Position numbers and translations under genes: made by a program | The notes under the pieces: generated by a model | Seen by the model: the letters and a program-made list of their open reading frames with translations, nothing else | The model's database searches: none | What the model was told of the DNA's origin: nothing | Origin: Lytechinus pictus | Taxonomy: Eukaryota | Length of the DNA: 64,000 bases | NCBI RefSeq assembly: GCF_037042905.1 | Contig: NC_087251.1 | Span: forward strand, 49,415,358 to 49,479,357 | Direction of reading: 5' to 3' | In this document: piece by piece, positions 38,607 through 52,800 of the stretch | How positions within the stretch are numbered: the stretch's first letter is position 1 | Layout: the number at the start of each line of letters is the position of its first letter

Positions 38607-39733
38607 CTAATGAGCCTCGGTATGAAATGAATCAACCAATGAACTGCCTTGATGATGCATTTTATCATATCGATCAACCAATCAGATAGCATGGTGGTGA
38701 ATATTCATGATTTGGGCAACCAGTGATGATGAATATTTGTGATGTGGGCAAACCAGTCAATTAACTGAGGCTCATGTAACAAATGAGCTTCAATGAGATA
38801 TGAATCAACTAAAAATGAACTGCCTTCTTGATTCATAAATCAGATAGCATAGAGATGAATATTCATGACTTTGGTTACCAAGTAATGTGTAATGTAATGA
38901 ATATTCATCTGCTGATCAATCAGCTAGCTGGCTTTGTAGATATGATGGCATGATCACCCATCTAATGAATAGGCAGTCGGCTATTATGAAGAAGTGTAAA
39001 GATGAATATTCATGTGTAAATTATTTTGATGATGATTATTCAAAAATTTGTTGATGAATATTCATCTGCTTCAAACGATAATTGATCAACAGTCATTAGT
39101 AGGTAGTATAAATGTGTACCAATCAATTGACAGAAAACTGAAATATTCATGCAGCAATCATCAAAGATATAATCTAATTGGCTCATGGAGGGACGTTTGT
39201 CACCCCCCCCCAAAAAAAAAAAAAAAAAAAAATTGCTGCCATATATTAAAGGAATGTATCCTTGTTATATTTTCTTATTAGAGTTTTATTAACCTTGCAT
39301 TTAATGTTTTCAATCATCATCTATCAGCATTTTGAAATTGGTCTTTGTCTTCTAACCATAAAAGTATGTAAAAGCATTGTAGTTTATCTGTTAAAATCTT
39401 TTATTTGTATCTTGTGTGTATAGTAATTTTCGTCCATATAATGGGTTGTAATTCTTGCACCCCATGACCCTCTATCATGACCTTTGACCTAATCTATTTA
39501 CTCTTTTGCTGCTAAAGTAAACTAATTAATCTTCAGAAGATTGTTCTAGGTTACAAGTACTAATTAAATTATCCATTTTATATCAAAGTCAAAGTGTTAC
39601 TTTTAACAAAGAGATATTTATTAACGTAGAAAATGAAAGGTATTTTAATTAAAGATTTATGTACATGTAGATATTATTGACCAAGGCTTTATATTAGCAG
39701 TGGCCCTATGGCACAGGGTAACCCCAAAATTAA

Positions 39734-40365
39734 AGGTAAAGTCCACCCCAGAAACTTATTTTTTAATGTTGATTTGAATCAAGAGAGAAAAATTAAACAA
39801 GCAATTTCATCAAAAATAAGAAAGTTATGACATTTTACAGTTTCGCTTATTTTTCTCAAAACAGTTACATGCACAACTCAGTGATATGCAAATGAAAGAG
39901 TTGATGATGTCCATCACTCACTTTTTCTTTTGTTTTTTATTGTTCGAATTATACAATTTTTCCATTTTACAGAATTGACAACAATGTAAAACTGAACCAC
40001 ATAATGTTAAACAATGTTAATTCCACATGTTCAGGGAGGAATAAAACTCGATTTCACTTGACAAGGGGGAGAAAATCAGAATATTTAATATTTCATATAA
40101 TAGAAAGAAATAGTGAGTCGATGATGTCATCAGTCTCCTCATTTGCATACCGACCAGAAATAGTGAGTCGATGATGTCATCACTAGTCTCCTCATTTGCA
40201 TACCGACCAGGATGTGCATATAACTGTTGTGTGAAATTAAGCGAAATTTCAAAATGTCATAACTTTCTTATTTTACATCCGATTTTGATGAAATTTTCAG
40301 TGTTAAGCTTGTTGTATTTTTCTCTTTTTATTCATATTAACTTTTTGTTGGGGTGGACTTGTTCT
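39734..40365. mobile_element. TTAA-target (Kolobok-like) MITE
   Basis: TTAA-AGGTAAAGTCCACCCC...GGGGTGGACTTGTTCT-TTAA. Same family as 46654-47256, with fragments near 18140-18860 and 37000-37450. Confidence 0.82.
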
Positions 40366-43218
40366 TTAAATGTCAACTCCTTACTCCATACCTATGACAA
40401 ATTTATAGAATATCTCTTTCATGTACAAGTATTTGTTTGTTTAATTTCAAGTAAATTTATGGGTATATATTTATATTATATTGACTGGGCTTCAGGGGAA
40501 CATCAAATATGTCGATTCTTGATGATTCTTGAGGAGTAAAGCATTTGCATTTTGTCATGTGTATGGTAAGGGGTAACAAGTCTGCTCAGTGCAGCTCCTT
40601 GTCTGTGCATACGTGTACATGCGCCATTCTAATAAAAGGAAATCAAGATATGCCACAACCACAAACTGCCATACATAGATATTCATTAACAAATTCAACT
40701 CAAATTTCAGGCATTTCATGTGACAGTCTCAAAATCCAGCCTTTTTCCTCAAAATCACTGAATGGTGTGTAAAAGGGTGTGCAGACATGGGGCACCATTT
40801 TTGTTCAATCTGAAAATGACCAGCCTAGGGTCTTTTAAAAAAATCATATTTTTCACTCAAATTATTTTCTGATATTTTTGGCACACTTATTCTTAAGAAT
40901 ATATAAAGAACATTATCAATTGAAAACTTTCGTGAAATAAAAAGAAATTCACGTGTAGTATGCCTAGCAATTGAGTCTCAGAACTCTTGTTGGAATGCTC
41001 CTCAGGGAGTGGAGAAGGTTTATACATTGTATGGAGGCATGCCAGGATCCGATGACTGGGGTAATAATATCTCTGTAAAGCCCTTAGAGATGTCATTTGA
41101 TGTGTTAAGCGCTATATAAATGTGGAACATTATTATTATTATTATTATCATTATTATTATTAATCTAAATTATTAGGTGCGCAGACATGGGACCCCCTTC
41201 ATACAAAATGTTTTTTTTTTTTTGGCACAGTATGCCCTCAATACACGTAGCATGCTCTCATGTCCCATTGGGCTGAAAGACAATGTTATCACACATACCA
41301 TGTATTAATAATGAGACCATTACAAATTTCTTATGGATTTACAATATTTAATGGGCTTTCTAAATCTGAATATTATACATAGAAGATATTTGATTTGGAC
41401 TTACATGTAATTAAGTATTCAATTAATGAAGTAGAGAGACATTTTTTTGTGGGGGGGGGGGGGTGTTTGGGAGCAGGGACACATTCTACTACTGATAACA
41501 ATTTAACTTTTTTTTTCAGAAACAAATTTAGAATTGACAGGGTTGCACTCTATGCCTTTTCTAAAACGATGTATTACTTCCCAGTTTTAATATGTCATCA
41601 ATTTTATAGTATACTGGTAGTGGATGTTTAAACCAGCATGTATATAAGAGTGAATTAGAATTTAAAGAATACATTTTTTTTGCTGACTCTAGTCTTTGCA
41701 TCAAAATTTTGCTGACAATAAATGCTGCAAATCACTACTTGTTTTCATTTGACATTCATTTTCAGGCAGCTATAATGATTCATTCTAATATGGAAAATGG
41801 GGGATAAAATTGAAGGTCATTAACTGCTCAAATAGATAATGCTATAAGTACTGAGCATTGAAATGCATTTTCAAAAATATCTGAATTTATATGCAAAATT
41901 GTGTTTATATTTGTTTGTTGTGTTTTTATTAATATGAGGGAAAAATACTTCCTTTATAAGGAAATATCACAAATTTCTAATGCTCATAAACAATGTTGTG
42001 TAAATAGTATACAGTTTTTCTCACTATATTGTTTAAACATATAATTCTTGTATATTTTATTTTGGCCCTATTTCATAAAAATTACTAGCATGGTAAATAA
42101 ATTGCCATCCACTGGTAACTTGCATGGTAACAGGGCTCATCAGCCAATCAAAATCAAGGATTCCATGTTAGTTACTATAGTGCATGGCAGTCTTCATGAA
42201 ACATGTCCCAGCGCTAGTCTGCATGCACAGACCCTTGGTTTTGAGTCTGAAGTAGTGAGACTAGACTTTTGCTGGGTTTAACTTTAATTGGACACAGACA
42301 TAGAGTTGACTTTCACTCTAGACATACTAGACATGTCAAATATGAGAACATATCAGTATACATATGTAAATTTCAATGCAAGATATTTTATTATAATTTT
42401 GAAGGAGTGTTTTTATTTCATTACAAAATATTTCCACTTCATCTTTTACGTTTCAATGTTATTTGACATTCAAAGTTAGATGTTTAATGTATAAGCCCAT
42501 GTGAGGGTCGCGTTTAATTCAAATGTTTACTGATTAAATGCTGCTTGTATAAAATATGCAAAAGAAAAAAGAAAAAGAAGAGATAGCGTAGAATCAGAAA
42601 CAGGACTTCAAAATCTCTCCTTCAAGAATTATCAAGAAATTATCTTTGTTGAGATATGGCAAGTTCAAAAGTCACAATTGTGATTTAAGTATCATGTACC
42701 TATACTTTGTTTGCTTTGAAATTTTCTTGAACTTTGTTCCATGATCTTCAAGTAATTATACAATTGGTCTGTATCATCCCCTTTATAATTATCATCTTAT
42801 CTTTTGAAGGGGAAGTTCACCCAAAGCAAAAAAAAAATCCATCGAAGAATGAGAGAGCTATATAATTTGTAAGATTTATTTTTTGATGTCACAGTCGAGC
42901 AGTTTCTGCATATGTGATATGTCCTGCAATTTGAAATCCATTGTATATATGCACATTTCCTGGAATGGTATGAAATTATCTCCTTATTCAAACACCAGAC
43001 ACATTATTTCAACCATATATTTCTATGAAAATGAATTATAGTTTCGGTAATTGAATTAATCAGCTTGTATTATGTGACATCATGAAACTGAGACTTTGTA
43101 AATTTCATGTAACTGTGTTATTCTTTGATGTATTCAGTCCTTCACCTATATCTGTTTGTTTTAAATTTTAAATCCTTTTATCATGATTAACTATTGAAGT
43201 TAAGAGAAATACATGCAA

Positions 43219-43872
43219 TTTTCGTCTATAGGCGCTGCTTTTCCGACGGGGGCGGCGTCAACATCAATCTTCACTGAAGGTTAAGTTTTTGAAATGGTAG
43301 CATATAACTTAGAAAGTATATGGACCTAGTTCATGAAACTTGGCCATAAATGTAATCAAATATTACTGAACATCCTGCTCGAGTTTCAAGTCATATGACG
43401 AAGGTCAAAGGTCATTTAGGGTCAATGAACTTTGGCCAAGTTGGGGGTATTTGTTGAAATACCATCATTACTTTGAAAGTTTATGGATCTGATTCATAAA
43501 ACTTGGACATGAGAGTAATCAAGTATCACTGAACATTCTGTGCGAGTTTCAGGTCACATGAACAAGGTCAAAGGTCATTAAGGTCAATGAACTTTGGCCA
43601 TGTTGGAGGTAATTATTAAATTGCTGTCATAACTTTCAAAGTTTATGAATATAGTTTATGAATTGTGGACATAGAGGTAATCAAGTATCACTGACAAGTC
43701 TTAGGTCACATGATCAAGGTCAAATGTCATTTAGGGTTGATGAACGTCGTATTGAATCATTTTGAATGGTGTTTTTTGTGAATAATTATTTTATAGTAGT
43801 TTTCAAAGTCAGCACTGCTGCTATATTGAATCGCATAATGCAAGTGAGACTGCCAGAGGCGCTCCACTTGTT
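43219..43872 (+). mobile_element. HINE-like element, copy 3 (5' end damaged)
   Basis: Same body and 3' end (GTGAGACTGCCAGAGGCGCTCCACTTGTT). Confidence 0.75.
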
Positions 43873-46258
43873 CAACAAATTGCCCGTATGAGTTACAAGT
43901 GTGCAGCATAATTTTGGATAGATTTGTTTTGACTGAATGTACTCGAGTCCCTGTATATATGAATCTATTGAGAGGAAAGATGATGGCAATAACAATATCA
44001 GTCATGACAATGCTGTTTTGTTGCTTAAGATTAGTGAGTAAAGACTAATAGGGGCATTGCTATAAACTTGCAAGTGATTGCAATTTAATTTTAAGGTGAA
44101 AAATCAATCATAAATCTGGTATATTCATTTCAGATTTGCACTTGACTGTTGGTCTTCTTCTGGTATCGAGCAGTAAAAATAAATCTGCTCTTGATGAAAT
44201 AGATATATCGATTGCAAATTAATTTGCATAAGAAATTTGCGATTGATTATAAATATTTTCTTGCAAATCATTTTTGTTTGTTTTATATCCGTTCTAGAAG
44301 TAGCTATACCAGTACATTGTGTATTAAGGGTATTCTTTATGACACTCTTTAAATAGAAAATTTATTACAGGCCTCTCAGCCCCATTATAATACACTGTAA
44401 TATCTGGGATGTGACAACATTTAGTGTCCATAGAGGGTCACACCCTAAAGTGTTACAATTACACCTTACGAGTTTGGACATACACCAAATGTGTTAAAGT
44501 AATGACCAAAGGTGTTGTGATAACACGCATATGTTATGAAATATGAACTAACACTAACTTTACTGGAGTAAAATTCCAGATGTTTTCCTCTTTGTACACC
44601 GGATTAACACCACAGTTCTTGCTGTGTAGATATTTGACACCCCCCCCCCCCCCCGAGACTGTATAAAGTAGTAATATGAGCCCTCTTGATGAGTAGCAAA
44701 AACAGGTTATACTATAGTCACAAATACATTTACAAATCATATGAATGATTTCATACCATTTATTGTTTGTATAAATATCATTGGTACAGCGACCGTAAAG
44801 GTATCTGTGACCATAGCATTAGGTGTTCACATTGAGAAACAGATTTTGCTATGAGTAATCTTGCTTCTTTTATGATAAATATTCAAAGAGAGTGTTGTTT
44901 TGAAGTCATCTTTCTACTTGAAATTTACATTAGTTAATTCTCATCGCAGATCTGTTGAGTATTCAAAGAGTTTTGAAGAACTTTTGGAAACATGGATGAG
45001 CATTCTTAGTCAATTGGAGTTTTGGAGGTACATGTATTTTTAAAGAACATTATTGTGTAAAGTCCTTTAAAATCAGAATAATTCTGCATTATTTCACTTA
45101 GGTACTATAAGGAAATGAATACCTATTTATTTTTTCATTGGTTTATTTCTGAATGTGTATTGAAAGCAAAACTTGGACTTATTGGAAGTATATACTGTAT
45201 ATCAAAATCATGAACATAGAAAAGTAATTTGGATTATCAGGAAAGTAAAATATCCCCTTGGTTTTATTCTGCTGAAGCTCGAAGTAACAAAGCTTTTTTT
45301 TTTACACATTTCTCTTAATGTGTGACCTTTTAGTTGAGATTTTTGAAAATATTTCAATTATTCTATGGAGAAGATGGGGTATTTTATAACATTCTATGAA
45401 TTACATTGTATGTATGTATTATAACTTTATGCATTGAGTCTTCCTGGATGTAATGAATGAAACAATGGTTTATACGATATGATTTATCATTATGAGCATT
45501 TTATATTGACGTAATACAATGATATTTACAATGTATATATACTATTTCTTATTTGTTTGTATGCTTGATAACAAGATTCAAATTTCTTTTATCTTCATCT
45601 TCAATTTTGATTTTATCATTATTTTATTGCTGCTAAATCTCCTCGATTTATATGAAAAAATGTAACCAAGATATATTAAATCTTCTTGAAGTATGGCTAC
45701 TAAACTCATGGCATGTGTGGTATGACAGTTTATTCTGAGTCTTGAAAATGATTTTGAACGTGAATAGGTAGCTGAATGTGCAAAAAAATAATGTTTTGAT
45801 AGTCAATTTCGTGTTTTGTGTATGGTTACTGAAAAAAAGTGTGGGGGGGGGGCTGATGTCCCCTCTGGGTCTGCGGCCCTGATATATAGAGGGTCAACCC
45901 CCCCCTCTTAGAAAAAAAAGGAAAAACAGTGGAAAGAACAAAAATGGAGCACTCATCAAATATCTATATATAAGCTGTTATAAAATTGATAGAGGTTACC
46001 TCTCTGATATAAATGATGCACCTGTTTGGCTATTAGTTGTTTTGACTTTATAAGTGATCGAGGGCAAAGTGCTGTAAGCAATTGAGGAAAGTCACTGGAA
46101 CATTAGGTGTAGTCTTTGTTTTAGTATTTGTTTATTATCTAGTTCAGTGAATTACTACCTTAAAGTATTTTAAGCACTGCACATGTTTGTTTCAGAATGC
46201 AGTGTTGGGGAACTAACCAAAATGAACTATATACAAGTATTGGGGGGCATGATGGCCT

Positions 46259-46427
46259 GGGCGTTGTGGCGTGCGCCTGTAATCCAAGCTATGTGGGGAA
46301 GTTACAAATTGATGCAGAGGTTCGAGCCCTGGTCACGTCTTTCGGATGGTGACGTTAAAGGTCGGTCCCAGACGTAAATAATCATATATGATTGAAACAC
46401 GACTGACAAAACTCAAATACACACATA
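46259..46427 (+). mobile_element. SINE with 7SL-like 5' head, B-box and Deu/Nin-like core
   Basis: GGGCGTTGTGGCGTGCGCCTGTAATCCAAGCTA head, GGTTCGAGCCC box, GTCTTTCGGATG core and CA-rich tail. 11-bp TSD CATGATGGCCT at 46248 and 46428. Confidence 0.8.
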
Positions 46428-46653
46428 CATGATGGCCTCCTCGACGCTACGCGCGATATTTCCGAAACGCAAAAAGATACATGGATAGCGCCGACTTTTT
46501 TCTGGTATAGCATCGCGACGCCACGCGACTTTTTACGAGACAATGTCATGCCGAAAATGGCTCATTTTTATACTTTGTGTACAAAGTCTACGGGAGATGA
46601 AATTCATAAAAAGATTATTATTTTTCGTTCTAATTGGTCTGCTCAATAATTAA

Positions 46654-47256
46654 AGGACAAGTCCACCCCAACAAAAAGTTGATTTGAATAAAAAGAGAAA
46701 AATCCAACGAGCATAACACTGAAAATTTCATCAAAATCGGATGTAAAATAAGAAAGTTATGACATTTTAAAGTTTTGCTTCATTTCACAAAACAGTTATA
46801 TGCACATCTCGGTCGGTATGCAAATGAGGGAACTGATGACATCACTCACTCACTATTTCTTTTGTATTTTATTATATGAAATATGAAATATTTTGATTTT
46901 CTCGTCATTGTCATATGAAATGAAGTTTCATTCCTCCCTGAACACGTGGAATTCCATTATTTTAACATTTTGTGCTTCAGGCAAGGAGGTCCTAATCATC
47001 AAATTTGTAAAAATTGAAATATTGTATAATTCAAACAATAAAAAACAAAAGAAATAGTGAGTGAGTGACATCATCGACTCTCTCATTTGGATGCAACTGG
47101 CTCGTTCATATAACTATTTTGTTAAAAATAAGCGAAACTTTGAAATGTCATAACTTTCTTATTTTACATCCGATTTTGATGAAATTTTCAGCATTATGCT
47201 TGTCTGATTTTTCTCTATTTATTTAAATCAACATTTTTCTGAGGTGGACTTGACCT
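46654..47256. mobile_element. TTAA-target (Kolobok-like) MITE, full length, nested in a piggyBac-like element
   Basis: TTAA-AGGACAAGTCCACC...GGTGGACTTGACCT-TTAA with long imperfect TIRs. Confidence 0.87.
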
Positions 47257-47779
47257 TTAAGGAATTAATGAAAAACAAAAGATTAAAAAAAGAAATACAT
47301 GAGAAATTCTAAAAACAAAGAAATATATAAGGAAAAAAATTGGCTTTCGCAATTTTTCCATGTGGAAACCTGTAAATTAGATTACAAAGATGACATCTGG
47401 AAAAAAAAGAAGAAAATTTGAAATGAAATTGGGTACTAAATTTGCAAATAATGTTTTTCACGAATAATTTTGCATATTTTATTCATAATGAATAAAAAAT
47501 GATTATTTCTTTTTTTTATACTGGCTTGAAGTTTATGTGGTAGAGAATGTGCGTGCCAAATTTCGGCGCGATCGCGCGAACAGCGGCCAAGATCACGGGG
47601 GGGGGGGGGGCATGATGGCCCCCAGTCCTCAAAAGTTTATTGATAAAAAATCCTGACATTTAAGGATCATCATAAAAAACAAAGAAACATAAGAAAAAAA
47701 ATAATACAACATAAGCATAACATAGTAACAACGAGGTATTCAAAACAAAACCAAACCAAAAACCAAAAACCAAACAAAG

Positions 47780-47811
<32 letters not shown>

Positions 47812-48789
47812 TTAGATGAAATGTTGGATGCGAGATACATATCAATGCATAACTATACACACATATACATAATATACCTAAACATTAATGCACCCATATA
47901 CAAATACAGAAGCATAATATCATTTTTTTTCTTTCAAGCATCATCAGTAGTCTATACATCTCAAATAGTCCAATCCTTTTAGGGTTAACGGGAGGGCACT
48001 TCCACATAGTATATACGTCCGACCCCCCATAATTGGACCATGTTGAAATAATTGTACCTGTAGGTTTTTTGTTGTTGGTAGTTTATATGAAAGGTCATTA
48101 TATCATGGATGGATGGATCAATGATATTTATGAAGTGAAATAAGAATGGAAAATATGGGGATGTACAAAATAGATTTATTACTTTATATGAAATTGCCTG
48201 AAATAAATAGACGGGGGTAGGGAGTGGGCACCCATTTGATGTTTTTTTTTTTCATTTTATTTTAAGGGAGGCTAGAATGTCGTTATAATAATTATTCAAG
48301 CATTTTTGTGATTTCATGATTTTTCTTTCATTCATGCCCTTCGCAGCTCTCATTTATAACAAGAAATAGTACACATGGCCTTATGCTGGGGGCAGTAGGC
48401 CCCCCCCCCCCGAGATTTTGAAAATTGTGAAAAATCACCATAATTGTGCACGAAATCCATTGTGTTCACTTCAGGAAATGCAAAAGCATCCCCACGACAG
48501 GCTCGGTCACTTCGTTTTCTCACTTCCGAGTTTTTTCAAGAAAATTTTACGCGTATTGCCCCCAGGAAAATTTTTATGTGAACAGCGATGCTAGTACACT
48601 GTCCATTTAATTGGATGAATCGGGAGACACCAAAAGAGTATCGGGTTTAAGACCTGCCATGGCCGCCATGGCTGAGGTGTAAACACCAAACGTAGTGTTA
48701 TACACATTGAGATAGGTGGCTACTTTGAAAATTAAATATCTATATGATATCATTATCATCTTGTTATTCCTTGAATTCACCAGTCAAAA

Positions 48790-49890
48790 ATTAACATTAA
48801 AAGTATATCCGAATCTTTTCCTTTCATACTTATCACACCCGCAAGAATAAAAATTATCGCTCATTCCTAGCACTCACAACCACATCACAACACTCCCTAT
48901 GATTCAACGGCCCGAAAATATGGAATTACCCCATATCTGAAAACCTAAAAGAATGCTCAACAAATACCAGATTTAAAAGAAAACTAAAAGATTTACATAT
49001 TCATAAGTATAAACAATTCAACTTAAGAGGTGTCTCTTTGTAATTTCGAAATAAATTATTGTAAATGTTCTTGTTGTTTGTTGAACTGTTTTGTTGTAAG
49101 TTGTTTGTTTAACTGTTTTTATTGTCTTTATAATGCGGGTTATAATGCCCTTTGCTTTCCTGTTCAACGTAATCATTTCTCATTTTTATTTGTCTTAATT
49201 TATACATATTTTATGCTATGATTGGGCCCCTGGTGATAAGCTGTTAGCTTTTTAAGGAGCCAACGCCTTATGTATCAATGCTTGATTTAATTGTACACAT
49301 TGTAAATATCGCATACATTCGTAATTCCGAAGCTTCGTTATTCCGAAGGTTCGGATATTCCGAAGGTTCGTTATTCCGAAGGTTCGTATTTCCGAAGGTT
49401 CGTAATTCCGAAGGTTCGTTAGTCCGAAAACGAAGTGAGGTTCGTAATTCCGAAGGTTCGTTTATCCGAAAAAGAAATGAGGTTCGTAATTCCGAAGGTT
49501 CGTTAGTCCGAAAACTAAATGATTAACTAACCTTATTTCGTTTTCGGACTAACGAACCTTCGGAACAACGAACCTTATTTCGTTTTCGGATTAACGTACC
49601 TTCGGAACAACGAACCTTATTTCGTTTTCGGATTAACGAACCTTCGGAACATCGAACCTTATTTCGTTTTCGGATTATCGAACCTTCGGAATAACGCCAC
49701 AAATGCTCGGATTAACAAACCCTTTTACGTTTTCGGATAAACGAACATCGAGGTAAGGCAATTTGCGTGTTTCGGAATTACGAACCTTCGGAATAAAGAA
49801 CCTTCCGAATTACGAAGTGTAACCGTAAATATACAGTTTTATTATTTTTACACATGAAGGTAGAATAAATGAAATGAATGAATGAAATGA
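48790..49890 (+). mobile_element. CR1/L2-group LINE 3' end interrupted by a MITE
   Basis: Decayed HTYHTR...FNGPKIWN peptide, T-rich UTR, stem-loop near 49225-49262, AATAAA plus (TGAA)n tail. Confidence 0.65.
49310..49824. mobile_element. Second copy of the TTCCGAAGGTTCGT foldback MITE
   Basis: Same termini (CGCATACATTCG...CGAAGTGTAACC). TSD GTAAATAT at 49302 and 49825. Inserted in a LINE 3' UTR. Confidence 0.85.
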
Positions 49891-52800
49891 TCTATACAGG
49901 TTGCCCGATCCTCACATGACATAGCAAGTGTAATATCAAACAATTCGCTTCATGGGAATTCCTTTGTAGGGCTTCCTGACATAGCAACACACATGGCTCA
50001 TTGCATAGTCTATTGTATGATCTTTTTTTCTTGGTTAAAGGGTGCATTCCCCGATTAACAGACCCCCATTTGCATTCAGGGATTACTAATGTTCAAATTT
50101 CATGCATACCTTTGAAAAACGAAACCCATTCTTGACAACCCAGAAGCTTGCCTGACATAACAACAAATACTGTACAAAAACTGGAGGAGGTGAGATCGAA
50201 ACATACACGTCACAGGTATGACCAGGAGGTAATGCGTGATCGGGGTCTTGTACAAGGGCCTACCAGAGGTTCATATATACAAATATTTTTTCAAATGAAC
50301 ATCCCAAGTTCAGTCATGGAGCAACGCAAAAGAATCATTAACATGAAAATGAGGAAACAATGGAATATCCTTGGCAAAGATGGTGAATGCAACCCAGTGT
50401 CATAAACTTCGGGACTGAACAAGTATTGGAGATGTGAAATACAAGTTTGATGCTGACTCACCAGGACAGAGGTATTCAGAAGCATCCATCAGTACACAAG
50501 GTAAGAAATAAAATAAGAAATACATTGCTACTATTCTATATTAAAAAAGGGACGTTGTTAAATTCGAATCACTTTGTAAACGGGATTTGGAAAAAGATAA
50601 AGGATGAATCTATTAAATGTTATATACAAGTAGATATCATACATCCCTCCTGAAACTTCTCTTACTACCTTCAGGAAGAAGCTACTACATTGGCTCAGCA
50701 CTTATTGTGATTCTCCCTTACTGCATGCTACCCCCCACCCACCATTTCACATCCCACTATTTTTTAAAGAAAATTGTTTACGTATATTTTCATATTGGTA
50801 TAAGTCGTCCAGGATTACATGTTTGTACCACTTTTGTTGTTAATTTATATTTTTTATATATATATGTATTTGTTTATACTATTGTATGTTGGTATTTTGA
50901 AATGGAATTACGTGCACTGGACCTCTCAGAAGAACAGCCTGTGGCTGAAGAGGGCCATCCAGCCCACGAGTGAAGAATGAATAAAAATAAATTAATGAAT
51001 ATAAAATTAATGAAAGTTTGAGAAAAATCGGACAAATAATTAGAAAGTTATGAGCATTTGAATATTGCGATCACTAATGGTATGGAGATCCTCACATTGG
51101 CAACTCGACAAAGATGTGTGATGTCACTTGTGAACAACTCTCCCCATTACTTTAGCTTATATTTCACTTAAACTGCCTCTTTTATCACATCTATCAGTAG
51201 ATCATGTGTTCTTTCTATAGGAGGGCATGTAATACAGATTTTTAAAGAATACATCATGGATAAAGAGTTTGTATCATCCTAAGAAGAAGCAAAAAGAGAC
51301 ATTTTTGGGGGTATTTTAGAGTCCATCATAGGGAAAGTTGTTCACATGTGACATCACACATCTTACTGGTATTTAACTTTAAATCATTCCTCTCAATCCA
51401 TAACATTAACTTATCAAATTCAGATTGTAGACGAGCCTGGATTGAAGGGATGTCTTTAGTTTAAGAGTGCTGCATTTTGATTTTTCAAGTGGTGGGAACG
51501 GGGGAAAGAGGAGAAGAGAGGGAGAAAGGAATATAGAAGGAAAACATTGAGGAGTGGTATGGTTCGATCAATGTTATTTGAAATATACAATCTATATTCC
51601 AAGGATTTAAAATAAATCCATATCGGTTGTGAAAAGTGAGCAGCCAAATATTAGATTTAGATTAAAATGTTTGTATTTGAATTAAAAGATTAAAATAAGT
51701 CCAGTATTTGGGCTGGTCCGATTTGGATTTTATTTTAGATCCTTGGTTGTTTAGAATGTAATGTGGAAAGGAAAACAAAAAATTCCCCCCCCCCCCGTTC
51801 TAGACAATACTAGAAAATACATAACCCATTAATATGGGTCACTACAGTGTTCTATGACCTGTGCACCTGTCATGTTCCTCTTTTCATTTTCAGTTTTATT
51901 TGCACCACCCTTTTCTCCTCTCTCTTTCCTTTGCCTCCCTTTTCCACTCTTATGATTTATATTAAAATTTTTATCATTATTATCGTTATCATTCCTATTA
52001 TTCAAATTACTTTCCACTTTTTGTTGTCGCTTATACGCTCTATTTTGGTATTTTGTAGATTATGTATTTTAATTTCGTTTTCCACCCGTCTCTTGTATAT
52101 AGGTTATGTTAATTAGTATTGAAACTATGTTTAGGGACTTGCCTTCTTTACAAGCTCTGCTTTTCTTGGCAAGTCCCTCCGTTCAGATAATTTTATCTTC
52201 AATATTTGTTATGAAATGTTATACAGCTGTATGTATTACTTTGAGTATGTATTATTTTGAACATTTATTTACACTGTACTTGCATTATATCTTTTGTTTG
52301 AACGGAATTAAATAAATAAATCAAATAAATAAATCAAATAAATCAAATATTGCATAGAACAAAGATCAACAGCCTAGCCTATCTGATTCCTGTATCATGT
52401 CAAACAGTTACCACGAGCATGACAAGGTAACTGTGCGATTGTTTTGCACCCGGCCCGGTTCTAGAATCTAGATTAATCGCTACAGATCCGTTCAAAGTTC
52501 AATTTTCAATCAGACGACGTGCCGAATATCAACAAACAATTTATTATCAAGGTAAAGGATGATTTATAAACAAATTGAATTGCAGAGATATTGATTTTGT
52601 TTTTATTCCGTGTCCCTAATTGCGATCACATGGAGATATAGCAACTCTGTGCTAACTTACGTGCTCAGAAACTTTAATTATAGACCTAAAAATATGTTTC
52701 GACAGCTCCAAATACAAAAAAAAAATAATTGAACAAAATAACAAATAAGTAAAAAAAAAAAAAACTCCGAAACTTAATTTCCCAAAATGCAGGTGCTATT

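Noticed and set aside
46259..46335. Human Alu contamination or a true 7SL gene
   Set aside because: Similarity stops after ~35-40 nt, with no S domain or Alu dimer. It is fused to a local repeat core with a second copy in this window and has a TSD inside a host transposon.
50070..51000. Short ORFs around 50148-50973
   Set aside because: Look like heavily decayed LINE 3' sequence with an A-rich tail. Too degraded to call a gene or assign a family.
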